Source of the DNA: Toensbergia leucococca | Taxonomy: Eukaryota | Assembly: GCA_022813965.1 (NCBI GenBank) | Contig: JALDZS010000023.1 | Coordinates: 62,001 to 126,000 of the forward strand | Direction of reading: 5' to 3' | DNA: 64,000 nucleotides | Shown here: positions 24,478-36,170 of the stretch, piece by piece | Layout of the letters: every line of letters begins with the position of its first letter | Numbering within the stretch: the first letter of the stretch is position 1 | Notes under the pieces: generated by a model | Database searches by the model: none | The model's input: only the letters and a program-made list of their open reading frames with translations | Told to the model about the DNA's origin: nothing | Program-made: the position numbers and the translations under genes

Positions 24478-27400
24478 CTAAAGTCCACCACCTAACAACC
24501 TCCGCAATTCCCCATCTTTCCGCGTAATCAACTCCTCAAACCCACCCTTCTCTACCACCCCCCTGTTACCCACAACCACAACGCCTTCGCACCCCCTCAT
24601 CATCTCCCCCTCATGCGTAATAACCAGAACTCCGATCCCCCTCTTCCCCAGGACCATGACCGTTTCCCTAATTAGTCGCCTACTTTCTCCATCCAACCCA
24701 CTAGTTGCCTCATCCATGACCAACAAACGCGGCCGTCTTGCCACCGCCCTCGCGATAGCAATACGCTGGGCCTGCCCGCCACTAAGACCGGTACCGCCTT
24801 CACCGATGGGAGTGTCGTAGCCACGGGAGAGAGACACGATGAAGTCATCTATGCCTGCTGCTTGGGCTGCGGACCGGATATTTGCGATGGACGAGAGAGG
24901 CGAGAACTCTGGAAGGGCGTAGGCGATGTTCTGCGCGATAGTTGCTGGGAAGAGAGTTGGAGATTGGGGAACTATGGAGATGAGTGTGCGGAGGGTTGGG
25001 AGGTGGAGGGTGCGTATATCGAGGGAGGAGAGGAAGAGGGTTTGCGGGGGAGAGGGATAGAGTCCGAGGAGAAGGGACGCAATGGTTGATTTTCCAGAGC
25101 CGGAGGCGCCGGCTATGGCTGTTGTCGTGGAACTAGGGAGAGTGAGGGTAAAGGAGGAGAGGACAGGATGCGTGGGGCGCGAAGGGTAAGCGAAGGTTAG
25201 GGAAGCGAAGTTTATGGGACCTGGGCTTGAGAGGCGGATGTTACCCGTGTGTTCATGGGAGGATTTGTAGGGTAGAGTGGAGAGGCGAAGGAGTCGTGTA
25301 GCGGTGTCGCGTGATGAATTGATTTGCGGGACTAGAAAGGGGTTAGAAAGGGGGTAGATGTAGGGAGGAAGGGGGATAAAACAAGGATGTGGGGCTTACT
25401 AAATGCAACGATGGCGTTTGCGTTGGCGATACTGAAGAGGAGCATTGTGAAAACGGTGAGGATGTCTTGTGTAGTGAAGGCTTTGGAAGATGCGAGTACA
25501 GCTCCATAGTAGAAGATTAGAGCTTTCAAGCTGTTAGTAATAATATCTTTGCAGGATTGAGGAGGAACTCACCTGTGACAAATACGATTCCGGAGTCGGA
25601 AAGCCCAAAAAAGAACCCTGAGTATGCCGATCTTTTCAACCCCACTATCATTGCATTGTCGGTGGCTTTTGCATATTTTTGGTGAAAGTAACCTTCCAAT
25701 GTCAGGGCTCTGACAGTCCGGATGTTGCTGAATGTTTCCGCAAAAATTGAACCCGCAATTTCTCCAGCATCGTTACTTTTCCCCTCCCACTTTCCACTGA
25801 CGGCTTCGAAGATCCGAGTGAGTGCGTACAGGAATGGCGCAGAAGCAAGGCCCACAAGAGTAAGTTTCCAGCATATGATCAGGCTCCACACAATCGCTAT
25901 CATCATCATTGTTACAGCCACAAACACGAAGCCAGCAAAGCGGCCGACAAGGTTTCGCATCTCTTCCGCATTCCGGTCTAAACATTCAGTGAGCCTAGAG
26001 AGGCTATTTCTGTCTCTGTCAAACCATGCTCGTGGTTGATCAAGTATTCGTTTCATCGCCTGAACCCGTAATGTATCGATCCAGGCTTGGCCGCAAGATT
26101 CGAGGAGATAGTGCATTAGGTACGAGGCAATAGCGTCACCAATTGCCACGCCAAGTACTGATAGAGACCATTTGAGTGCCATTTCTGAACGTGAGCTTGT
26201 GAGAAAGAAGGTGGCGAGGAGTTGCGAGAATACCCAGGAGAAGACTGGTGTTGCTGCGGCATGAATTGCAGCGCAAAGAAAGCCGCATAAGAGAACGAAA
26301 CGCTTCCTACACGTTAAAGTAGGCCACACGGTGAACAGTATCTTATTTACTGGAGAAATGCGGCGTCTCTTTTCTGCTTCGCGAAGCTTACGGGTGCCTT
26401 CCGAAACCCCATGCTTCAACCTCGGCGCAATGGAAGTCTTTTCGATCGAAGTACGAGCGGAGCGGCTCGATCGCATGTCTTCTGTTTTTGATCTTTTCCT
26501 ATAGCTAAGTAAGGTGTCTCTGCCAATGGATCTTGACATCTCTAATGCATCCGGTGATCCGAGTAGAGCTGGGGTTAATGAGTCCATGGGTTCTATGGGT
26601 TGGGATAGTTTTCGCCGAGGATAAAACGATACAGCAGTATTGATGGACATTGGCCGCATATGGCACGCGACAGGGGACAGCGGAGGTATGAGGACCTTCG
26701 AAGGCCGCCGAGACCTGCTTTCATCTGGCAATGGACCAAATACGCTAGGAATGTAACGTCGCCTTGGCAGGTATTCTATATCCATCGAATTTTTGGACAC
26801 TTTTGAGGATGGAAGAGATTCTGATTGTGCAACCTGGGGAGAAGGCACATTTTTCACATCATGCGATTTCTCGTGCTCTATTGGACGAGTGAATTCCACG
26901 ATAGGTTGTAGGAGCGTACCAAAAGGTCCTGGGGATTCATTTCCCAAGGCGTGTCTGTAGCCTTCCTGAACTATAACTCCTTTGTCCATTATATATGCGT
27001 AATCTTCCTGTAGAATCTGCGATATGTCGTGGGTGATAATAATAGTCGTTTTGCCTCGGCGCCAGTCACGAATAGCATCCATCACCAGCGATCGACTGAT
27101 TTGATCCAGAGCGCTAGTCGCCTCGTCAAGGATGAGAATCGGAGTGTCTCGAAGGCGGGCTCTAGCAATAGCAACTCTCTGCTTCTGTCCCCCGCTCATG
27201 GAGTTGCCTCCAACACCAACAAGTGTTTCAAGTCCCTGAGGTAGATCACTAACAGTATGCTGTAAGGAGGCGGTCTCGATTGAGCGTTTTACTTCTTCTT
27301 TCCTCACTCTACTATGATCTCTACGGCCAAATGCAATATTCTTGAAGATAGTCTCGTTGAACAGTATGCTTTGCTGTTGTACCAAGGTAATATTGTTACG

Positions 27401-28858
27401 CAACCAATTTATGTCGAGTGTCGGTATCGAGTTGCCGTCTATGAATATATCACCAGACGCTGGCGTGTAGAACCGCATGAGTAGATTCCCCAATGTGCTT
27501 TTGCCGGATCCGCTTCTGCCAATGACGAAGGTCGTTTCGCCTGCTGGAAAGAAGAAGGTAGCAGAGTTGAGTGCGAGTTGTTCTGGTCGGGACGGATAAG
27601 CAAACGAGACTTTTCGGACTTCGATGTCTCCGTCACAATATGCTGGTGTCCTGCGACCAACCATCCTTGTAATTCTCCGACCTCGTTCCATATGGATATA
27701 AATAGCCTTGAGTGTTGCACCTGCAGCTCTTCCTTTCTCAAGTACGATCATTTGTGGTAGAATCTGCTCAATAGCTTGTGTTGCCATGAGGCATGCCCAA
27801 AATGCAGTCAGGACCTGGCCTGGGTTCTTCTTGCCAGCATCGACTAAATGACTACCGTACCAAAAGCCTTGCACAAACATCCCTAGAGTCATAATACGAA
27901 CAAAGCCAATCTGTAGAGCGTTGGCCTGAGCTTGGGTAAGGTAGTATGTTGCGGCCCTCTTGACGGCTGTAGAGTATTGCCAAACCTCGAAATCCTGCCC
28001 ATTGAAGCATTTGACCGTGTCGATAGCGGAAATTGAGTTATTTGCCAATTTAGAAGCCTGCGTAAGCTCGACAATTTGCGCATCAATGCTAGGTTGCATT
28101 CTGGCAGATATCCAAGCCAAGAAAACAGCGGATATAGGTACGAAGGCGAGGGTGACCAGCGTGAGGCTCCAAGCGGTATAGAAAGCTAATCCCAATGCCG
28201 CAATTGTGGTGACAGCATACTGCACGACAAACCCTAAAGGCTGAGACGTTGCCATTTGAAGCTCGCGAATGTGCCTATGAAGATGGTTAGGTCTGAGGCT
28301 GCGTAACCACAAGAGATTCTCTCACGTTTGCAACCTCGGTATCAAGGCATCGATGCCAGCCTTGCGCATATCATACCATTCCATGTCCTTTTCTAGCATG
28401 CCGTCAAACAACCTATCCCTTACACTTTTTGCTTGCAGCTCTCCAAAAACAAGCCACAGCATGAAATAGCCGCCGTTGAGAAGGCCGCTCGCGGAGCCCA
28501 GCCCGACAAGAGCAATCCCATAAACGGAAACTTTCTCAACAAGACTAGAGCCGCTGATATGCCCTGCGCCAAAATCGGTGAAGGAATCGAAGACCTTCCC
28601 CAGGAAGATCGCAAGAACAGGTATAACGATACCGGACGCCACGGAAAGAATAAGAGCAAGTGAGAGTGGTAGGGTATGTGATTTGGAGGTAAAGTTGAAC
28701 AAGGAGCGCCAGCCAGCGGGCTTCACTTGATCATCTATCTCGCGGTCGGCTTCAAGATCTACGTTGCCTTCGACATCGACATCCATTGAGGTTTTCTCTA
28801 GGAGCTGGTCTCTCTCGTCAGTGTCATTGATGTTTTCACGAGCTCCAGGGCCATGCAT
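24478..28858 (-). CDS. STE6: Full-length ABCB transporter, a-factor-type pheromone exporter (Ste6/Mam1 family)
   Basis: TMD-NBD-TMD-NBD architecture. GRSGSGKST, MSGGQKQR and ILDEATSALD in NBD1; LSGGQAQR and MDEATSGLD in NBD2. Ste6-type segments ELQMATSQPLG and LDRNAEEMRNLVGRFAG. Three introns. Confidence 0.85.
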
Positions 28859-29542
28859 AACGCTGAAGCGAAAAGAAAATAAAGGTGATGGTGACGGGAG
28901 CACGAAGTATTGCCAAATTCAACGTCCCTTGAAAGCAAAAGAATGTGACGACATAATAGCAAGTGAAATGTGATGAATAATGTGAGCTGGATGCGTACCT
29001 CGCAATACCAATTATGGCACAACGTCCGTGCCCTTAGTATTGTTCTTCGAGTAAAGAAATTTCGCTAAATTCGACAAAACCACAAATACGAAAATGCTAA
29101 CAAGCCCTCTAGTCATACACGCTGAGAGTAGTAATGTCTGAATGAGATTTGAAAGTCAAATAGGGAGGGGTGTTCCTATCTCTCTGTCGTAGTGAAGTTC
29201 GCGAGCATTAAGATATCACAAAGTGAGCCTCTTAGCACGTAGCTAGAAGAACGTGATGATGATTGAAAGTACTCCTAGAAACTTTACTCGAGGCACTGCA
29301 TCCCTGCTTGAGGTTGGAGGACCTGTGGATCCAATGGCAATGAAGGTCTTGCGAAATTGAAACATACACGAGAACGGAAGACCTGAAGAGATTGCTGAGA
29401 GATGTGTGGATAGCCATGCAAAGCACTATCAATCAATTGTGGTCCCCAATTGCGTCAGGTTACCTAAAGATTTAATTAACGCTGTACAGGCCTGGTGATA
29501 CAAAGTGAATCGTCCCGTCGTAAGTGAAAGCAGCGGTCACGG

Positions 29543-30280
29543 TCAAGTCTTGGTGCTTTCTTCTCCAGGGTGCTCTCGCTCGTAAATCCAGTCATTCAAA
29601 CCTGCACGATTCCTATGTCCAGTCAGGTTCCTATACACGGCCATAGAGAAAGATCGAGAAGTTACCTTGCTATCTCTATCGCATAGAACTGCATTCGCAT
29701 AGCTAAAGGGACGACCAATCAGTAGGTTCCAGCGAGAGATCTTGAGTCATTCCACTGACCGAATATAGTCTCCTTCTCTCCGTACTCGAACTTGGGATTT
29801 GACCTCAACATGGCCCCAAAATTGTAATCGTCCACCGTCTTCTCATAGGCCGTCATAAACTCGCGCCATTTTTCCTTTCCTTCTTTACTCTTCATCTTGT
29901 CTTCGTCAATGGTCTCCTTTGGATCAAAGTCTGGAAAGTCTCTCTTGAAATGGTCATAAATATCATCGTCCAGCTTTGTAAGTCGCAGCTTGGAACCCCT
30001 CGTTCTTTCGAGTATAGACCAGTACGTAGACATGTGCTGCACCACTGGTGACCATTCCAATTCAGTCAGGGTTCAGCATAGTTTGCACAGAGGCAGGGGA
30101 CACTGGACATAGGGGAGAGGCTTTTTCGGCATTGGGCTGCGGACCTTTGACGGCAAACTGCTTTTCCATCTAGCGACACCTCAGTCATGTCCCAAGAAGC
30201 AAAAACATGAGACTGACGTCCTCAAAATTCTCTGCCTGTTCTGGATCTAGGCTTGCGCCTCCTGGCCCTTCAAGAGACAT
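29543..30280 (-). CDS. PBDC1: PBDC1 / Ypl225w family protein (eEF1A folding chaperone in yeast), 5 exons
   Basis: Spliced AENFED|MEKQFAVK|VVQHMSTYWSILE...LRLTKLDDDIY...KWREF...DYNFG...ETIF|AMRMQFYAIEIA|RNRAGLNDWIY. Confidence 0.88.
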
Positions 30281-31166
30281 GGCTGCAAGAGAATGTAGTT
30301 TCTGGATGAGGAACAAATCAGGATTACTGGCTTATGAGACAACTTATGTGTGATAATGTGGGTTGCGAAAATTGTTTTTGTTTTTAAGTCGAAGTCAGAA
30401 AATTATTGGTTGTTTAGTCGTAGCTTTTCGCCATTGGCGCTTCATTGGACAATAAATACCAACGCTGCTTACAAAAGGACATACGCAGTACATCACAAAT
30501 TGTCAAGGTATGGGATACTTAGAACTCTACACGTATCGAATACAATAAGTCATCCTCGTGGGCGCTATTGAGATTTGACGACTTTATTGATTGTTAGCAA
30601 GCTTCTTACTACCCAGCTGTGCTCTGTGCTAATATTGCCCGTACAGTCAGGACTTGATGCTGTACGGTCGAAGGACATTGATGCGGCGAGACAAGTATAT
30701 TTGCCTCTACCTACTTCATGAACTTATTCCGTCCTATGGCAGAGAGAAAGATCCAAGTTCTCGCTCTTCAAAGTATCGATTTTACCCACTCAGCCACCCT
30801 AGTTCCCAGCAGGTAGGTATGAATTGTGGTCTCACCCCTGATGCGGCCATCTGCATGCGAAGACAGAAATTGAGACTCCTTCCAGAATTGGTCGAGGATA
30901 GTGAGGTTATTGAAAGGACTCAAGACACCTATATGTGCATTATTTTGCGGAATATCAACAATCGGGATTTTTCCCGCATTTGATAGCTTCATCATCGGGT
31001 TAGATGTTGGGACGTGGTGCTACATCCTTTTGAGCCTGCTTTTCTAGCATTGTGAGTCGAAGACTTGAAGTTGGACAAGCCCGACGTACCTGGAGCATAA
31101 ATAATACAGTCATGCAGACTAAATTTCGTGGCAAGATTCCGACTCTATGATACCCATTAATAGGCA

Positions 31167-33268
31167 TCAGGACGCCTCATTTCTAGACTCGTCTGCAGTT
31201 TCATCAAATCCGTCAAACTGGTCTCCTTCATCTTCTTCAGGATCGCTCCCGACAACTAAATTAGGCTCTAATGCAAGAGCATCCAGCTCTCCGTCAGTGG
31301 TCGTGTCGTCTTCGCGTTTCCTCTTCTTTGCAGAAGGACCCATTTCGCCCAACCTTCCTTCCCTCCCCTCTATCCCCTTTTCTTCTTGGCCCTCTATCAC
31401 TGGTGGTGGCGTAAACCATGGTATTTTGCCTCTTAGAAAGTCATTGAGCACCATCTTCGCAACTCCATCAACATCTGCCTCACCTCCTTTCAGCAGTCTC
31501 CCACCTTTCCGAGCAAGTAGCTCAAGGAACTCGATGGGACTATCATACCCTCTAACATCGTAGGTGCGCTCGATGTGTTGAGGCTTGGTTTTCTTCAAGA
31601 CAGCTGCGATATACTGCTCTGGATTTTCAACGTTCTCCACTCTCACTACACCTCGAAGAAGGATGTCCTCTTGCGTGTCGTTGTTACTAGGTGGTACAAC
31701 TCCAGGGCAGTCGATCAAGTATATGCGCTTCATCAAAGTGATATATTGCCAGATCTTTGTTTCGCCAGGTATTGGCGCCACCGTACACACCTTTTTCTTC
31801 CGCAACGTGTTGATAATTGAGGATTTGCCGGTATTAGGATAGCCAATAAATCCAACAGAGATTTGTTTTCGGTCAGAATGAAGAGAAGAGAATTGGCGGA
31901 GGAGCTGGATTAACGATCCCTTGCCAAACGAGTTCGTTATGGATGCGTGAAATGCAAGAGTGGGATAGTCCTTGGAAAGTGCCCGTACCCAAGATGCCTG
32001 GAACGACATCAGTAGGTGCTCAATATCGTTTCCCATTAGCTATGACGTGTATGAAGCATTACTAAGAATACCATCACCATACTACTACTGACGTAGCAGA
32101 AAAGGTATTCAACTCAAACGCCACATCTCTAATCCTTTTTGACTGGCTCCCCAAAACGGCGAACAGTCGTCTCAAAGCCAAGAAAGCCAGGAGTGGCGGA
32201 TCAGGGTCAATCTACCAAAGTTGTAACAGACACATCCTCCAATGAAAGTGCACGAATATGCGGGAAGCAGTCTTGACTTAACGATGGAAATGGTGTAGAA
32301 TTTTGCGAGATAGATACAGTAAATGAAAAGAACCCAACTTACAGCAACCCCAGTAGGTACTAGATCACATTTATTCATCACAAATATCAGATGCTTGTGG
32401 GGTGCCTCTTCTCGAATATATTTTTCGACGCTTCGACACCGGGTTCCGAGCGGATCTCGGGCATCTAGAACGTGGATCACAACATCGGAGGAATCTATGA
32501 CTTTGTACAGTTCGTTCCAGATTCTCTTAGATTGCCCTTTTGAGAAGATCGGTTCCTTTGCTGTCGCAAGTACTGCCTCCTCCGGCACTGCTTCACCAGC
32601 CTGCTCTGTAGCGCCAGAGGTACCACTGAGAAGCTTAGCTTGTTCGAGGCGATCCAAATACGTGTCATGCATTTTCACACTCTCCCCTGCAAGATCCTCG
32701 AGAGATCCGGCACCAAGCTTGACACGCTTTCTTTGCGCTTTTGGGCCGAAGGTGTCACCAAAGGGAGCGGACTCGACCGCAATCTTTGCTTGATGTTGTT
32801 TGAGACCATTCTTGCCTTGCCCATCCCGAATCAGACTCATTGGTAGCTTGTTCGATTTTAGAAGAACTTGATATGGATCTGATGCACGTTCTGCCATGGC
32901 TTCTCTGAAAGAAGCTAGAGCATCTTGTGAGATGACTCGAGTGTTCCCAAACCACTTTCGACTGGGCTCAACACGGGCTTTGGGTAATTCGCGAGATTGG
33001 AAAGAAGCTGCTTTTGTGACTTTTCCTGATGCATTTCTTTGGGCTTTGCCGTCTTTGAACATGTTCAAAGTCTTCACTTTTTTGGCCGACCTGAAAACAA
33101 GGTATTAGGAGCTACATTGTATACCAACGCCTCATGTATCCCTCATTGTCAGACTGAATGAGGTGCGAACCTGTAGAAATTCTCTCCCTTGGTCTTGACA
33201 TTGTTCATCCCATCACCCACCTTTCCCTGGCGGTCCTTTCGTGAAGCTTCCTTTTTTCCGGTACCCAT
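31167..33268 (-). CDS. NOG2: Nucleolar circularly permuted GTPase Nog2, 3 exons
   Basis: [13 protein letters not shown]1NT region, [26 protein letters not shown] (G4), GYPNTGKSS (G1) and DCPG (G3). The second intron spans 31998-32342 (345 nt). Confidence 0.96.
32045..32300 (-). ncRNA. snR191: Intronic box H/ACA snoRNA, snR191/SNORA74(U19) homologue
   Basis: Lies inside the long NOG2 intron. The 5' hairpin pocket is AGUCA-[AGAC/GUCU stem]-GUUAC. The 3' hairpin pocket is GAGU-[GAAUACC/GGUAUUC stem]-UAGU, followed 14 nt later by ACA (32050-32048). The pockets match LSU GUAACUAUGACUC. Yeast snR191 is hosted in the NOG2 intron. Confidence 0.85.
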
Positions 33269-33471
33269 CCTGGAAGAAACGATCCTGAAAACTCAGGATT
33301 TGTAAATGAAGTGTGTGCGGGAAAGTAATTACAACAAGTGTCTTACCTACAGAAATGTGTATCTGGAAATTCTTGAGGCGGGAAACTAGCGCGCCAAGAC
33401 CCCGCTTAAGCGAAGGGAGATGTCGAGCATCGAAGACCACGAAGCTCATTTCCGTGACTACATTATTCACC
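33269..33471. promoter_or_regulatory. Compact bidirectional promoter between NOG2 and mS26
   Basis: Divergent ATGs at 33268 (-) and 33472 (+) are separated by only 203 bp. Confidence 0.6.
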
Positions 33472-34392
33472 ATGCCTCCGCGACTCGCCCTTCCTTCAGC
33501 TCGCTGCCCATACGCTGGACTGCAAAGAGTTGCCCGGTTTGACACAAAGCGGTTTATCGCCTCAGCACCAGAAGGCCGAATCCCCCCCGAATCCCCCAAA
33601 TTCATCGAAGTCCCCAGATCCCTCCAACCGCACGCCTATAGCAAACGTCCCGTCAAAGGCATCCTCCCCGTCCCTCGACAAATCTTTCCCCGCGGAAGCA
33701 AAGACAAGACCTCCCCTGAGTACCTAGCATTCACGACCCAGGAACCCAAGGAAAGAAAAAATGCTGCTGCAGCCGATAGTCCGACGGCAGGACTTGTGGA
33801 GTGGAAGGCACGTCAGGCCGGATTAAGGCGGCGCAATCTACGGGAAAGTTTGGTGGAATTGCAATACCGAAAGGAGCGGACAGACCGTCAGGTTGCGGCA
33901 CGGAGCTCCTATAAGGAAGCGGATCATATGAGGCGATCTCGAGCCCCGGAACGAGAAGACGAACGCCTAACAAGCGCTTCGGTACCCGAAGCCATGAAAG
34001 TGATTCATTTCGGAACACCCCCCGACCCAGATCGTGAAGCACGGACGGCAGAAAAGAAGGCAAGAGTTGCAGCCAAAGAAGCAGAAAGACGCGAGGAGCG
34101 ACGAAGCAACCTACACGACCTCTATATCAACGCTGGACTGTTCATCACCTCAGAAAAGGACCTCAGATTGGTGGTGAATACGCTGTTCGACGACAAGGAG
34201 CAATTCATGTCCAGCGTTAGCGTCGGAGAAAACATCTGGCATCACGGCTATCCTGATACGGTGGCGGACATGCTCAACAGGGTCAACAAGGAAGGGAAAG
34301 TCAAGGCCGTGGAAGCGAATAGGCGCCTCGAGACTATCACGGCTGAGAGGGTGCGGAGGATTGCGGAAGAGCTTACTGGGGGGAGGATGTGA
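33472..34392 (+). CDS. Probable mitochondrial small ribosomal subunit protein mS26 (fungal)
   Basis: Arg-rich presequence-like N-terminus, RIPPESPKFIEVP...VKGILPVPR, WKARQAGLRRRNLRESL, APEREDERLT, LHDLYINAGLFIT and C-terminal IAEELTGGRM. The family assignment is from recall. Confidence 0.7.
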   Translation: MPPRLALPSARCPYAGLQRVARFDTKRFIASAPEGRIPPESPKFIEVPRSLQPHAYSKRPVKGILPVPRQIFPRGSKDKTSPEYLAFTTQEPKERKNAAAADSPTAGLVEWKARQAGLRRRNLRESLVELQYRKERTDRQVAARSSYKEADHMRRSRAPEREDERLTSASVPEAMKVIHFGTPPDPDREARTAEKKARVAAKEAERREERRSNLHDLYINAGLFITSEKDLRLVVNTLFDDKEQFMSSVSVGENIWHHGYPDTVADMLNRVNKEGKVKAVEANRRLETITAERVRRIAEELTGGRM

Positions 34393-34942
34393 GCGCGCAA
34401 TGGGCAATTTCTATGGGTGTCTAGTATCCAGCGTGCAGCTTGTACAAAGAAAAATCAAGAATTTTTTAAACGTTTTGCTGCAGTGTGGTGTAACGAAGCC
34501 CAAATCATATGCGAGGCCAAGTCACATTGCTTGTTTTTGCCATCTATGGTCCCAAGCTTACATCGCAAGCAATGTGTATGCATCTGCAATACCTTGTGCC
34601 ATGTTAGGCGTCATGCATTCTTCTCGTCCAAGCATGTTCAAAATCACACAAGTGCGATGTAGAGAAAGCCGTTGCTAATTGGCAACCTAGGTATTTCACA
34701 CATCACAGCCTTGCCAAGCCCCGGTACGTTTCGCATGCACCTCCTCGTTGCAAGGCCACCTTTGACAGGAAAACTTTCGAGACGCCTCACTCCAATGCTC
34801 CATGCTCCCAGAAAAGAAGGATCGAAACTCCAGCCATGCCCATTGACTCCATGCAAGCACCCAGAACAGTGCACTAAGGTTCTTTGAACTCCTGCCATCC
34901 GCCCTCGCTCAACAATTCCGGAGCACTCCCAGCAGCCTCCCG

Positions 34943-35200
34943 CTACGAACCGGACAGATAACAATTGTCCCCCCAGTCTTCGCTAGTACTTTTGAACGTC
35001 GACCTGCATTCTAGTCAGAAAAAAAAAGCTGCTTTCCTCTTCAAGCACAGGCGATGGCGGGCATACAATTCGCAAGGACCAACAAGGCCCGGATCAGTCT
35101 CAGCCTGCGACTCGCCCGGCACAGCCATAGGAAGAGCGACCGTCAGAATGAAAAGCTGAAACACAAGAAGGAGCGCCCTTAACAGAAGTGGCAGCTGCAT
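34943..35200 (-). CDS. Predicted small secreted protein, 64 aa, 2 Cys, 2 exons
   Basis: Exon 35200-35067, intron 35066-35004 (gtatgc...ctgac tagaatgcag), exon 35003-34943. Translation: MQLPLLLRALLLVFQLFILTVALPMAVPGESQAETDPGLVGPCELSTFKSTSEDWGDNCYLSGS*. The N-terminus looks like a signal peptide (VA-LP). Confidence 0.5.
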
Positions 35201-36170
35201 TATCGGCTACCTATTCCAGGGACAAAATAATGCAAGTCTTCCCACAATCTCTTTTTCGGTCAATGGAGGAAGGCTTCGTAGACCTCGACGGCGAAGATGA
35301 AGATGAGGGTGAAGATGGAGCTGTACAATCCACAGAGACTAGGGTGCTTGAGCGACATTTCGTCAAAGCTGCTTGTTCCAGAAAGGTTTGATGATCGAAG
35401 AAAGCTAGGGTAGGCTGGGAGAAAAGAGAATTTGGGTAGGAGATATATTGTCTAGGGAACGTGGGCTGAGTAGGAAATAAGAGATGTTATGGAGAGATTG
35501 CGAGAAGCATTATTAGTTGTGGGAGTTCGAGGGCGGAAGTTGCATGTTGGCTTTGTTGTTGGGCCCATTGTTGTCTCCTTCTTTGAAGACGTTTAAGTAG
35601 TCGCGAACGGTATGGTTTTGGCAGAACGATCGAGGTGTCCTGATGCACGCAATGGCGATCATTTGATGGCGAACTTGCGGCAGCGTGGTGCAAATGTGGC
35701 CTGTTTGGGGTCGGTTTCAAAGGGTTATGTAAACTGGATGGCGTGGCGTTGGTTGTGTCAAACTGTCCATGGTGTCAGAGGTCCGTGTACCTTACTCTAC
35801 GACACTCGTATTTTGTCAATGATTTTTGTGTCTTGCCTGAGAGGTAGGTAGGCTCGTAGGCAATTGAATCTGGTCACTAGTGCGTTGCAGTCACGCTATG
35901 TTGCTATTAGATATTTACCTCAGTCTGCTAGAATTATTATTTATTACCTATTCACAAATGTAGGCTTGGATGCTCGTGGGAAAGGCCCAACGAGCGCCAA
36001 ACAACGCATTCCCCTAAAATTGGGGCTGTGCTTGGAGACCAACCCAAATGCATCAAGTATTAGCTACAAGAATCAAAACACCATTCCAAGCCCAAGAACA
36101 CCCTTTCGTTACAGATACATGAGCCGACAGATGGCACATCTATTACGCAATCCTCGGCCTACAGAAGAAA

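Noticed and set aside
30654..30983. ORF containing CIIL near STE6, considered as an a-factor precursor
   Set aside because: The CAAX-like tetrapeptide is internal rather than C-terminal, and attempted splicing gave early stops.
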